DNA of 64,000 nt, from NCBI GenBank assembly GCA_963845065.1, contig CAWJQQ010000009.1:352001-416000 (forward strand), in the 5' to 3' direction. Of this stretch, positions 48,785-59,043 are shown piece after piece. Numbering within the stretch: the stretch's first letter is position 1; each line of letters begins with the position of its first letter. The notes beneath the pieces are model-generated. The model had not been told where the DNA came from, searched no databases, and saw only the letters and a list, made by a program, of their open reading frames with translations. The translations under genes were made by a program, and so were the position numbers. The DNA is from Nitrospirota bacterium (GTDB lineage: Bacteria > Nitrospirota > UBA9217).

Positions 48785-49963
48785 TCACGATACGGTCCGG
48801 CTAGTGTTTGTTCTCGCACCGCCGTTTCCAGGGAGAAGAAGGAAGGGAAGATGTGCAAGAAGCCACCTTTGGAAATGCCGGTAATCGGTCTTTCCTGACG
48901 GAATGTCGAGAAACCGCAGCAAGGCTTCAGGGTGTTCGGAAAAAATTCGAAGAAAGAGGCGGGGATAACTATCGATCAAATGAGCCATACGAAGCGCAAC
49001 ACGCAATTGTTTTCGGATCTGCTTATCAGCGTTCCGGCAATACCGCGTGACGACGTCTGTCGGACGCTTCTGATTTTTGATTGCGTCAATGATAGCGTCT
49101 GCGGCGAGCTTGCCGGAGAGGATGGCATGGGATATCCCCTCTCCGTGAAAGGGGTCTGCAAACCCCGCTGCGTCTCCCGTGAGGAGTGTCCTTCCTCCGG
49201 CAATTATCCTTCTGATGCCCCCAAAGGGAATGAAGTGGCCTTGTACGTCTGATAGTTCGATGTTTAAAGTTTTGGCCAGTTCCGTCAATGCTTCCCGAGG
49301 TTTGGAAAAGCGCGCTGCAAGTCCAGCGATCCCGATTGAGAAGTAACCACGGTGCGGGAAAATCCAGCCATATCCAACCGGCGCAGTTCCGAAATAGAGA
49401 TCAAGGGTTTTGCCCACCCGGTCCCTGATATCATGCTCATCCGCAGAGATCTGGGAAACAAGCGCAAGCGCCATGTCGCCTTTGTCGAGCGGAGGCCTCA
49501 AGGTACGTGCCACGTAGCTGTGAATTCCGTCAGCGCCGACAAGAAATAAAGATCGATAGGTCGCATTTTTTGTCGCGATTTCCACGAAGTCTTTATCATC
49601 TCGAACAGAGATGACTTGCTCGTTCATATGAAAATCGGCCGTACTTTCAACGGCCTTTTCCGCGAGTAAGGCATCGAAATATTTTCTGGTTACGACAACT
49701 GCAAACGGGGCATCGCACTTTGCATTTACTTCATGACCGTTCCAGTGGATCCGGACGCTGAAGCATTCTTCCTCGATGATGGTCTCAGGCAGACTGAAGT
49801 CGAGATACGAGAGTGCCTGCACAGAAACGGCTCCTGCGCATGGTTTTGATCTCGGGAACGTATCGCGATCCAGCAACAATGTTTTTAACCCCTGTTGTGC
49901 GCATGTTCGCGCGCAGGTGGAGCCTGCCGGCCCGGCCCCTACAACTATGACGTCGTACATCAT
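48785..49963 (-). CDS. Geranylgeranyl reductase-family FAD oxidoreductase
   Basis: VGAGPAG, FPRSKPC, GADG, GYGWIFP, GDAAG..DPFHGEGI. Confidence 0.88.
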   Translation of the reverse strand: MMYDVIVVGAGPAGSTCARTCAQQGLKTLLLDRDTFPRSKPCAGAVSVQALSYLDFSLPETIIEEECFSVRIHWNGHEVNAKCDAPFAVVVTRKYFDALLAEKAVESTADFHMNEQVISVRDDKDFVEIATKNATYRSLFLVGADGIHSYVARTLRPPLDKGDMALALVSQISADEHDIRDRVGKTLDLYFGTAPVGYGWIFPHRGYFSIGIAGLAARFSKPREALTELAKTLNIELSDVQGHFIPFGGIRRIIAGGRTLLTGDAAGFADPFHGEGISHAILSGKLAADAIIDAIKNQKRPTDVVTRYCRNADKQIRKQLRVALRMAHLIDSYPRLFLRIFSEHPEALLRFLDIPSGKTDYRHFQRWLLAHLPFLLLPGNGGARTNTSRTVS

Positions 49964-50173
49964 CAACGTTTCACTCTCCATAAAAACGGATTAAACCGGG
50001 GACGGACGCGGATTAATGCAATGAATTCTCAATGGCTATTAAGCGACAGGGTTAGTTTATTCACCTCGCAGGACTTCTTGTCCCCTTTGTGGTTATGACG
50101 GTGTGTCAAAACCTGCCGGATGGTATCCTGCTCAGCCTTTGCAACTCATTTAGATTAGTTTATCAAACTGAAC

Positions 50174-50541
50174 GACTGGTGTCCGGTAAAAAATTAAAAA
50201 GGCATGGCCTGTCGACCATTCATGTTGGATGATAGGATTCGCCAGAACACTATTCCTGCAAGGAGGAACAAGCCATGGTAAAAGTGGATATCATATTCTT
50301 GGACCTATTGAAACTTGAACCGAGATATCAGTTCAACAAGGCCGTTGTGAAGTAACAGGGAGATCAGATCTACACGACCTGGCAACAGTATATCACGATT
50401 ATGTTCTCCCAGATAAAACAAAAAAAGACAGTATCCGGGATATTATAATCGGCCTTGGGAGCATATGACGCCGGGTGGCATCAGTTGGAGCTTATTGGCG
50501 CTTACGGGGGGGGCACCTTACCGGATACCTTACCGGATGCC
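50174..50541 (+). mobile_element. Degenerate IS4-family (DUF4372-type) relic with transposase pseudogene fragment
   Basis: GGTGTCCGGTAA near 50178 pairs with TTACCGGATACC at 50518-50529 (11/12 inverted match). AGGAGG precedes ATG 50275, which reads MVKVDIIF..LLKL.PRYQF.KAV.K*QGD...TTWQQYI..MFSQI...DSIRDI with a stop and a frameshift. Confidence 0.65.
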
Positions 50542-51249
50542 CCCATAACAAACGAGATTATCAGATCTTTGAATGTTTGTTTTTTATTATCTTCTTGCTC
50601 ACTACAGGGATGTGACGCCCCAAATAGGTTTTAAGTTTAAAAATCTGTCGTACTCGATCGATGCTTTAGAATCGATTTATGCCTCTCGGTCTTTCCTTGC
50701 GCAAAGTTTCGAAAGACCAAAGGGGCCATTAAGATGCATTGCCTTTATGATCATTTCGGGCGGTGCCATCGTTTGTCACAATCATTGACAACAAAAAAAC
50801 GCAGTTGCCGTCGCCACGGTGGACAATTTCCCGCTATACTCGGATAGTATCGTTTTGACAGATCAAGTGAATATTGACTGCAAACGTGTAGATTTACTGG
50901 GATAAATAACGCGTTTGGTTCGTTATCGGTGCAAAATCTATTATAGACTACATCGTGGCCGGCCAACCAATATCTGGTTTTCGGGAATGGGTCCTAAAAG
51001 ACCGAAGAATTCTCTTTACCATACAGTAATAAAACTGAACAATGAATTGCAAAATGTTGAGTGTATTTTGCCATATTTCCGTTCCCGTAATACGGTTTTT
51101 CCTATGATCCAATAAGTCGGGCGCCTTGTGGTTACAAACGTGATCCTTCGCATGGTTTATGATCAGAATTAGTGCCTCATATGGACAGAAGTTTGCAATT
51201 TTTCAAAATCTATATCACTTTAGTTCTCTTTCTTTGCTAAAATGGAGAT

Positions 51250-51564
51250 ATGGATAATAATATTCTGCGCGAAATTATTGATGTAGAAAAAGAGATCCAG
51301 CAGACTCTCGATCAGGCAAAGCTAAAAAAGTGTGAGTGGCTCGATGCACGTAAAAAGGAGATCGAGAGTGACTCTGCAATGCAGGAGCAGAATATTATTC
51401 AATCATATGAACACGCCCTTGAGAATGCAGTACAGGATGCGGCAAAAAACGCCTCAGAGCTTTTTGAACAGTCGAAACGGCAAGCAGACAGGCTTGTCCA
51501 TCTGGAGAACGGCATCTTGGCAAAAATCGTAGCAAACCACATCGGAAAGATCCTGCCTGGATAA
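51250..51564 (+). CDS. A/V-type ATP synthase subunit G/H (peripheral stalk)
   Basis: 104-aa coiled-coil protein, first gene of the operon. Confidence 0.7.
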   Translation: MDNNILREIIDVEKEIQQTLDQAKLKKCEWLDARKKEIESDSAMQEQNIIQSYEHALENAVQDAAKNASELFEQSKRQADRLVHLENGILAKIVANHIGKILPG

Positions 51565-51567
51565 CTT

Positions 51568-53451
51568 ATGATCGTCAGGATGGCCAAAGTTGAAATCGTG
51601 GGCGCAAAAGGGCTGCTTCAGGAAGTTCTCGTATGCCTTCGCGAACTCGGTGTACTCCAGATAGAACCGGCAACGATAGGTTTTCTCGAAGTGGGACATG
51701 AAGATGATATTCGCACCTTCATGCTCGACGAAAAAACAATATTCGAACGGGTCTTTCTTGAGAAGCTGCGGGCCAAGGTCACGGAGCTTCTGTCGTCCCT
51801 TCCGACGCTGCCGGTACGAAACAGTTATCTCGATCCTCGACCGGTCATCGATTCAGTCGGAGCAATCGTTGAACGGCATACCGCTACGATCAAAAAATGG
51901 AATGAGCGGAAAGATGACCTTAAAAAAGAGATCACAGAGCTTGAACGGTATGCCCTCTTTCTCGGCACGCTGGTCCCTCTCGTTGCGAGCGCCAAGGAAA
52001 CACCAGACCTTGAATTTATCGGTCTGACCATTCGGGAGCCAGATATGGTGATCCATCTCAAAGAAGCGCTTTCACGTATCACAAACTGGAAATACGAACT
52101 GGTGACGGAACCCGCGGATGGCGGCACCCTTGTTGGGCTGATCACCGTGGAGCGTGACCTTGCCGATCTCGTAAAAAAAACCCTTAGCGATGAGCAGGTA
52201 CCGGAGCTCGTGTTCCCGCCGTCCTACAGCAACCTCACCTTCTCGGAAAAGATCATCTACGTCAAGAAGAGGATCACGCAGGTTTCTGCGGAAGTACAGG
52301 GAATCGATGCTGAACTTTCCCTGTTTACCCAGCGCTGGGCCCCGCTCTACCGGAGCGTTCGGGAGTGGATCGATGATCGGCTGTCGGTGTTGTCCACAAC
52401 TGCGACAGCGTTTGAAACGCGGATGTGCTTCTTCATCAACGGGTGGATGATGGCGAATGACGTTGAGAGGCTCCGGATCAGATTGATGCAGGATTTTAAA
52501 AACGACGTGGTCCTGGAAGAGAAGGAGCTTTGCGAAAATGACCTTGACCGCGTCCCGATCATTCTGAAGAATCCTCCCTACTTCAAACCATACGAAATCT
52601 TTACGAGCATACTACCACTGCCTGTCTATACGTCATACGACCCGACGCCGTTCATCGGCATTTTCTTTCCGATATTTTTCGGGATGATCCTTGGCGATGC
52701 GGGCTATGGTCTTTTCCTTGGAGGTCTTGCCTATTACCTGATGAGGAAGTTCAGACAGAAGAAAATAATCAGGAACGGAGCGAAGATCCTGCTGGTTGCA
52801 TCAATCTATACGGTGTTCTTCGGTATTCTGTTCGGCGAGTTTTTCGGGGACCTGCCAGAGCGGTTCTTTCACCTGCGACCTCTTTGTATGGAACGCAGAA
52901 CTGCAATAGTCCCGATGATTTTCTTTACTCTCGCTGTGGGTGTGGTGCACGTACTGCTTGGCCTCCTTTTCGGCGTTATTGCAGAGTTCAGGAAGAAAGA
53001 AACGAAAGAAGCTGTGTATAAAATCTTGAATATCATTATCATCCTGGCTATAATCGTAATGCTCGCATCCCTCTTCAATTTATTACCCACAGTGCTGGCC
53101 AGGCCGGTCATTATCGCCATTTTATTCCTGACCCCACTTCTGTTCTTTGCCGGCGGTATTCTGGCACCCCTGGAACTTTTGAAAAACATCGGCAATATTA
53201 TCTCCTATGTCCGTATCATGGCGATCGGCCTCACATCAGTGCTGCTCGCCTTTGTAGCAAACAATCTTGGAGGTTTGACCGGCGATGTCGTTACCGGTGT
53301 CGCAGTGGCCGTGCTACTGCATCTTCTCAATATCATACTCGGCGTATTTTCGCCAACCATTCATTCGCTCAGGCTCCACTACGTGGAATTTTTTAGCAAG
53401 TTCATGCAACAGGGCGGGAGGAAGTTCGAGCCGTTGAGCAAAATACGATGA
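51568..53451 (+). CDS. ntpI: A/V-type ATP synthase subunit I
   Basis: YDPTP, FFGMILGDAGYG, ISYVRIMAIG, HSLRLHYVEFF.KF. Confidence 0.95.
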   Translation: MIVRMAKVEIVGAKGLLQEVLVCLRELGVLQIEPATIGFLEVGHEDDIRTFMLDEKTIFERVFLEKLRAKVTELLSSLPTLPVRNSYLDPRPVIDSVGAIVERHTATIKKWNERKDDLKKEITELERYALFLGTLVPLVASAKETPDLEFIGLTIREPDMVIHLKEALSRITNWKYELVTEPADGGTLVGLITVERDLADLVKKTLSDEQVPELVFPPSYSNLTFSEKIIYVKKRITQVSAEVQGIDAELSLFTQRWAPLYRSVREWIDDRLSVLSTTATAFETRMCFFINGWMMANDVERLRIRLMQDFKNDVVLEEKELCENDLDRVPIILKNPPYFKPYEIFTSILPLPVYTSYDPTPFIGIFFPIFFGMILGDAGYGLFLGGLAYYLMRKFRQKKIIRNGAKILLVASIYTVFFGILFGEFFGDLPERFFHLRPLCMERRTAIVPMIFFTLAVGVVHVLLGLLFGVIAEFRKKETKEAVYKILNIIIILAIIVMLASLFNLLPTVLARPVIIAILFLTPLLFFAGGILAPLELLKNIGNIISYVRIMAIGLTSVLLAFVANNLGGLTGDVVTGVAVAVLLHLLNIILGVFSPTIHSLRLHYVEFFSKFMQQGGRKFEPLSKIR

Positions 53452-53613
53452 TGCGGAGACGCAGCTTCGTCGCGAGCCTTTAAGCATGAAATCAGCCGCA
53501 CATCCGATCGAATGATGAGGCAGATGGGCGCTGATCAACACAAAAAGAAGATAAACACTTTTTTTGAGATTGTGCTCATCTGTCGTTAAAACTTTAACCA
53601 CCAGGAGGGATAT

Positions 53614-53838
53614 ATGAATCTTGAAAAAGCACTCATTGCGTTGAGCGCCGCGCTGGCAATCGGACTCCCGGCATTTGCAACGGGCTGGGCACAGTCAAAG
53701 ATCGGGGCAGCCGGGGCCGGGGCACTTGCCGAGAAACCGGAGCTGACCGGCACGATCGTGATCCTCGTCGCCATCCCCGAGACGATGGTGATTCTTGGTT
53801 TCGTCGTAGCAACGATGATCCTTTTCACGGTGAAGTAA
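53614..53838 (+). CDS. ntpK: A/V-type ATP synthase subunit K (single-hairpin proteolipid)
   Basis: AQSKIGAAGAGALAEKPE, AIPETMVILG. Confidence 0.93.
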   Translation: MNLEKALIALSAALAIGLPAFATGWAQSKIGAAGAGALAEKPELTGTIVILVAIPETMVILGFVVATMILFTVK

Positions 53839-53839
53839 C

Positions 53840-54424
53840 ATGAGCTCGCGTGAGCTGATCGAGTCGCTCCGACGGGCGGGCGAAGAGAATATCCGTGTCA
53901 TGAAGCGCGAAGCGGAACAGGAGACGGCTGCCCTGCAAGCAGCCGCTGCTCAAAAAATAGTTGATCTGCAGAAGCAATATGGTGAGGAGCGACTAGCTGC
54001 TGTCAGCAGTGATGAATTACGACGGGCACGATCGGAGGCGTCAAACCGCGCCCGCGCGCTCAGGCTGGACGCGGAAAAAACGCTCGCAGACAGCCTGTAT
54101 TCGATCGCCCGTTTTTCCCTGAGCCGACTACGGGACGATCTCTATCCCACGGTCTTCGAGAAGTTGGTCCAGGAACTTCCCGCACTGCCGTGGAAGATCG
54201 TGCGGGTGCATACGACGGACGTCGACCTTGCGCGAAAGTATTTTCCTAGTGCGGAGATTTCACCGGTCGGGTCTATCTCGGGAGGTGTCGACGTGGCCAT
54301 AGCCGATGGTTCGATCAGAGTGATCAACACATTCGAGAAGAGATTGGAACGGATATGGATCGACCTGCTTCCGCAGATTGTCAACGATGTATACCGCGAG
54401 GTGGTTGATGGATCTTCTCCATAA
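53840..54424 (+). CDS. ntpE: A/V-type ATP synthase subunit E
   Basis: Coiled N-terminus, SGGV....DG.I.VINTFE.RL. Confidence 0.88.
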   Translation: MSSRELIESLRRAGEENIRVMKREAEQETAALQAAAAQKIVDLQKQYGEERLAAVSSDELRRARSEASNRARALRLDAEKTLADSLYSIARFSLSRLRDDLYPTVFEKLVQELPALPWKIVRVHTTDVDLARKYFPSAEISPVGSISGGVDVAIADGSIRVINTFEKRLERIWIDLLPQIVNDVYREVVDGSSP

Positions 54425-55373
54425 TCCCGGTGATACGGGTTACCCGGCCGAGTACCTGTTGTCGCGGATCAAAGGAAGGCGATCCGCGTTGGTTAGAAAC
54501 TGGAAGGCGCTGGCCTATGATCCAGACCTTTTTCTCTCGACGCCGCCATTGAAACGGGGCGTCCTTAGTACAGCGATTGCTCCTGACCGGATTTGGACGG
54601 ATCTCATGCGGGAATATCGGTGGGTGTACGGGCAGATGAATCAACAGCTACGGTCCATCTTCCATCCTTATTTTCTGTATGTCGAATTACGGACCATCTG
54701 CATCTGTCTTCGGCACCTCCGCGACAAGAAGGCAGGATTCATCGACGAAGTCCTTAATAAAAGTCTGCTCTCCGATGAGATGAAAGCGGTGTTTGTTCGC
54801 AGCAGTGTTCTGCAGGAAGCCGTCGCCGGAGTCGAGCGGTTATTTTCCGCGATTTCGATAAAATTTGCGGGTCTTACCGAAATCGCGAAAAAAGACGGCC
54901 TGCGAAGTGTAGAGCAGCGTCTCGCCGAGATGTATCTTGCAGTTATGTTAAGCTCCAAGATACATCCGCTTTTGCAGATGTTCTTTTCGCGACTGATCGA
55001 CGCGCGGAACATCATGAGCATCTATAAATTTCTGCGGCTGGGTTACGCAGAGCTTCCCCCGGTTCTGCTTGGAGGCAGTATCACAGAAAAAAAGTTGCGC
55101 GAGCTTTCCGCAAAAGGAGACATCGTTGCGGTAGGACCGATGATCCGCGCATTGACCGGCATAAAGGTGGAACGGCTGGAGCCGACGATGGTTGAACTTG
55201 CTCTCTATAAAGGGATGACCCGGTGGCTGCGTAAGGAAGGACGGGATCCCTTAGGCGTAGGGCCGATCCTGGACTACCTCTGGCGCTGTTCGATCGAGGC
55301 AATGAACTTGAGCATACTCTATCAAGGAAAGGATCTTGAACGGGATTTCGTTGCTGCTGAGCTGGTGATGTGA
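54408..55373 (+). CDS. ntpC: A/V-type ATP synthase subunit C/d
   Basis: YL..RIKG, ID..NI, IL.YLW....EA.NL; operon position. Confidence 0.8.
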   Translation: MDLLHNPGDTGYPAEYLLSRIKGRRSALVRNWKALAYDPDLFLSTPPLKRGVLSTAIAPDRIWTDLMREYRWVYGQMNQQLRSIFHPYFLYVELRTICICLRHLRDKKAGFIDEVLNKSLLSDEMKAVFVRSSVLQEAVAGVERLFSAISIKFAGLTEIAKKDGLRSVEQRLAEMYLAVMLSSKIHPLLQMFFSRLIDARNIMSIYKFLRLGYAELPPVLLGGSITEKKLRELSAKGDIVAVGPMIRALTGIKVERLEPTMVELALYKGMTRWLRKEGRDPLGVGPILDYLWRCSIEAMNLSILYQGKDLERDFVAAELVM

Positions 55374-55558
55374 GGAAGAGGAATTTGAGATGAGTGATTC
55401 GACATCCTTAATGAGTAATGCAAGAAACAATCTCTTCTCATAAATAAAAAATATTTTGACCATACCCTGGTGTTGCCGAAACGCGAGCACACCACCAACT
55501 TGCAAGGAACGGTGTGATTTAGTTTATACCCTTCTTATCCAGGTTGTGAGGCCTCATA

Positions 55559-55879
55559 GTGAAAAAGATTGAGTTCATAACGCCTTCTGATGCCGAATTT
55601 GGTTTCAGCCTGTGCGGTATTCCGCAGAAGATCGCAGAAACAACTGATGTGGAAGACGTGCTTACACAAACCATGGCGGATTCCAATATCGGTCTTGCTG
55701 TTGTCGATGAACGCCTGCTCACGGGCATGCCAGATGAACGGCTTCGGGAGCTCGAAGAGTCATGGCAGGGGATTTTTCTGGTCCTCCCGTCTCCCGAAAA
55801 ACCGCCGCCAGAGACCGAAGACTATGCGGCTCGTCTGATCAGGCGTGCCATAGGCTATCATGTGAGATTAAAATTATGA
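55559..55879 (+). CDS. ntpF: A/V-type ATP synthase subunit F
   Basis: GFSLCG, LIRRAIGY. Confidence 0.88.
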   Translation: MKKIEFITPSDAEFGFSLCGIPQKIAETTDVEDVLTQTMADSNIGLAVVDERLLTGMPDERLRELEESWQGIFLVLPSPEKPPPETEDYAARLIRRAIGYHVRLKL

Positions 55880-55953
55880 TAATGCCGGGTGTTGAGCTGC
55901 ACCGCTGAAGGGCGTACCAGCTGCAAACCAGCGGCTCCCGCATCTGGTATAGG

Positions 55954-57597
55954 GTGAAAAATATGTCGAGCAGGAGCGGTAAAATTCAGAGCATATCAGG
56001 ACCGACTGTAAGCGCCAACCTCAAAGGGCTGAAGCTCTACGAGCGCGTCTATGTTGGTAATGCCATGCTTACCGGTGAGGTTGTCCGGCTTGAGCGTGAC
56101 AAAGTTGTGATCCAGGTCTACGAAGATACGCGCGGTCTTGCCGTGGGCGAGCCGGTCAAAGGAGTTGGCATGCCGCTTACGGTACGACTGGGGCCGGGAC
56201 TTCTCGGGGGGATGTTTGACGGACTCCAGCGGCCCCTCGAGCGGCTCAAGCAGGAAATGGGCTCCTTTATTACGGGTGGCCGAGAAGTCTATGCACTGGA
56301 TTACATGAAGCGCTGGGATTTCTCGCCATCATTGAAAGAGAATGATAAAGTTGTGGGCGGCACCGTACTTGGGACGGTGAATGAGGGGGCTTTTAAGCAT
56401 TACATCATGTCCAACGCTTACGAAAGCGGCACGATTGGCCAGATCAGGGAAGGCAGTATAAGCCTAGACGAGCCGCTCGGCGAATACAAAGACAATCGGG
56501 ACATCCCGGGATGTCACGAATGGCCGGTGCGAATTGCGCGGCCGTACCGAAAAAAAATCCCTCCCGCATCGCCGATCGTCACGGGCCAGCGCAGCATCGA
56601 CTTCCTCTTCCCGCTTGCACGAGGAGGAACTGCGATTTTTCCAGGCGGATTCGGCACAGGCAAGACCATTCTTGAACAATCTATCGCAAAATTCGCCAAC
56701 GTCGACATTGTCGTGTACGTGGGTTGCGGCGAGCGTGGGAACGAGATGGCGGACCTGATCGCAGAATTCGAGGAGCTGAAGGACCCCTGGACCAAGCGGC
56801 CGCTCAGGGAACGTACGGTGCTGGTCGTCAACACGTCGAACATGCCTGTGGCGGCCCGCGAAGCCTCGATTTACACGGCGGTAACTATGGCCGAGTATTA
56901 CCGTGACATGGGTTACCACGTGCTCTTCCTCGCCGACAGTCTGTCCCGATGGGCTGAAGCCCTGCGCGAGATTTCATCGTCGCTGGAGGAAATGCCCGGA
57001 GAAGAAGGGTATCCGACATATCTGGCCTCACGCTTGTCAGGTTTCCTTGAACGGTCAGGCGTGGTAGAGACATTATCCGGGAAGATCGGTTCGCTTAGCA
57101 TGATACTTTCGGTTTCTCCTCCGGGCGGCGATTTCACCGAGCCGGTCACACAGGCCTGTCTGAGGACGACCGGATCCTTCCTTATGCTCGACACTGCGCT
57201 TGCTCACCGGAGGCACTTTCCGGCGATCAACTGGTTCCAGAGCTATTCCCTCTACAGCAAGGAAGTGGCTGAACATTACCGATCCACGATCTCACCGGAA
57301 TGGGACAATCTGCTCCGCAGAAGCAGACAGATACTACAGCAGGAGGAATCGCTCCGGGAAGTGGCCGAAATCGTGGGCGCTGAAGGGCTGCAGGACGCTG
57401 ACCGTCTGCTCATGGGTACGGCCGAACGGGTCCGCACCGAATTCCTCCAGCAGAATGCCTACAGCGAAGACGCCTTCTCTCCGCCGGAGAAAACTTTTTC
57501 GATCATGAAGGGCATCATTGAACATTATGATCGTGTTGCAGAAAAACTGAAACAGGGAGTTGCGCTGGAAGTAGCGGAAAAGAGCGGAAAAGAATAA
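55954..57597 (+). CDS. ntpA: A/V-type ATP synthase catalytic subunit A
   Basis: GGFGTGKT, GCGERGNEM, NTSNMPVAAREASIY, EMPGEEGYPTYL. Confidence 0.96.
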   Translation: MKNMSSRSGKIQSISGPTVSANLKGLKLYERVYVGNAMLTGEVVRLERDKVVIQVYEDTRGLAVGEPVKGVGMPLTVRLGPGLLGGMFDGLQRPLERLKQEMGSFITGGREVYALDYMKRWDFSPSLKENDKVVGGTVLGTVNEGAFKHYIMSNAYESGTIGQIREGSISLDEPLGEYKDNRDIPGCHEWPVRIARPYRKKIPPASPIVTGQRSIDFLFPLARGGTAIFPGGFGTGKTILEQSIAKFANVDIVVYVGCGERGNEMADLIAEFEELKDPWTKRPLRERTVLVVNTSNMPVAAREASIYTAVTMAEYYRDMGYHVLFLADSLSRWAEALREISSSLEEMPGEEGYPTYLASRLSGFLERSGVVETLSGKIGSLSMILSVSPPGGDFTEPVTQACLRTTGSFLMLDTALAHRRHFPAINWFQSYSLYSKEVAEHYRSTISPEWDNLLRRSRQILQQEESLREVAEIVGAEGLQDADRLLMGTAERVRTEFLQQNAYSEDAFSPPEKTFSIMKGIIEHYDRVAEKLKQGVALEVAEKSGKE

Positions 57598-57677
57598 TGC
57601 AGAATGCTGCAGGAGGGAAGCGATAAAGGATTTTGCTGTGTATCAAGGGTCGTACACACTGCATCGGGGAAGAAGCC

Positions 57678-59006
57678 ATGCGATTATCCGAACATATATA
57701 CCGCACAATCTCCACTATCGCCGGCCCGCTCCTGTTTGTCCAGAGCGTCCAGGAAGCACGGATAGGAGAAATGGTTACGGTCCATACGCCTGACGGCAGG
57801 GACATGGAAGCGGAAATACTCGAGATCGACGGCCAGACGACACTGGTCGAGGTGTATGGCACCACCCAGGGTCTGGACATCGAGCGGACCACTATCTCTT
57901 TTAGCGATGCGGTAAAAAAGGTTCCGTTGTCCCAGGACATCGTGGGAAGGATATTTAACGGCTCCTTCGAACCCAAGGACGGCGCCCCGGTGTTCATTCC
58001 CGAAAAGAGGATGCCAATCACTGGAGTGCCGATCAACCCCGCAGCCCGCGCACGGCCAGCTGACTTTATCGAGACAGGATTTACTACGATCGATTGTTTA
58101 AACACGCTCGTGCGCGGGCAGAAACTTCCGATTTTTTCCTGCGCAGGGCTGCCCTCGAAGGAAGTTGTCGCTGCAATCCTGCGGAACTCTCGTCTAGCCG
58201 ACACCACAAAAAAATTTATTGTGATCTTCGCGGCTCTCGGACTGACGTTTCACGAATATGCGTTCTATATGAAAACGCTTGAAGAAATGAAGACTGGGTT
58301 CGTGGCCTTCGTGAATATGGCAGATGAACCGGTGATGGAGAGACTGCTCGCCCCTCGTTTCGCCCTGACGGTAGCGGAATATCTGGCCTTTGAAAAAGGC
58401 ATGGACATCCTGGTGATCATCACGGATATGACGAACTACTGCGATGCCCTGCGTGAGATATCTACGGCCCGAGAGGAACTACCCGGCAGGCGCGGGTATC
58501 CTGGTTACATGTACTCGGACCTGGCGTCATTGTACGAGCGCGCGGGCCGCATCTACGGCCGCGAAGGCTCGGTCACCATGCTGCCGGTCGTGACCATGCC
58601 CGAGGACGATATTACCCATCCGATACCGGACCTTACGGGTTACATCACCGAGGGCCAGATCGTTCTTTCGCGGGAACTTCATCAAAAAGGTATTTTCCCT
58701 CCGGTAGATGTTCTCCCGAGCCTCTCGCGGCTCATGCAGAAGGGGATCGGCGAAGGACGCACCCGTGCCGACCACCGGAAGGTCTCGAACCTACTGTATA
58801 AATATTATGCCAAAGGAAGAGACTTGCGGCGGCTCGAAGCTATCGTCGGCAGAGACGGAATGACAAAGGAGGACATCCTGATGCTCGATTTTGCCGATGC
58901 CTTTGAAAAGGAATTAGTGGGTCAGGGTGGGACAAGACGGACAGTGCAGGAGAGTCTTGACGCGGGACTGGAACTGATGAAGAAGTGCGGACTGGATGTT
59001 GCGTGA
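57678..59006 (+). CDS. ntpB: A/V-type ATP synthase subunit B
   Basis: RGQKLPIFS, PGRRGYPGYMYSDLA, THPIPDLTGYITEGQ. Start trimmed. Confidence 0.96.
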   Translation: MRLSEHIYRTISTIAGPLLFVQSVQEARIGEMVTVHTPDGRDMEAEILEIDGQTTLVEVYGTTQGLDIERTTISFSDAVKKVPLSQDIVGRIFNGSFEPKDGAPVFIPEKRMPITGVPINPAARARPADFIETGFTTIDCLNTLVRGQKLPIFSCAGLPSKEVVAAILRNSRLADTTKKFIVIFAALGLTFHEYAFYMKTLEEMKTGFVAFVNMADEPVMERLLAPRFALTVAEYLAFEKGMDILVIITDMTNYCDALREISTAREELPGRRGYPGYMYSDLASLYERAGRIYGREGSVTMLPVVTMPEDDITHPIPDLTGYITEGQIVLSRELHQKGIFPPVDVLPSLSRLMQKGIGEGRTRADHRKVSNLLYKYYAKGRDLRRLEAIVGRDGMTKEDILMLDFADAFEKELVGQGGTRRTVQESLDAGLELMKKCGLDVA

Positions 59007-59043
59007 AACATCGGACGCGGTACTGCATATACGAGGCGATTCC

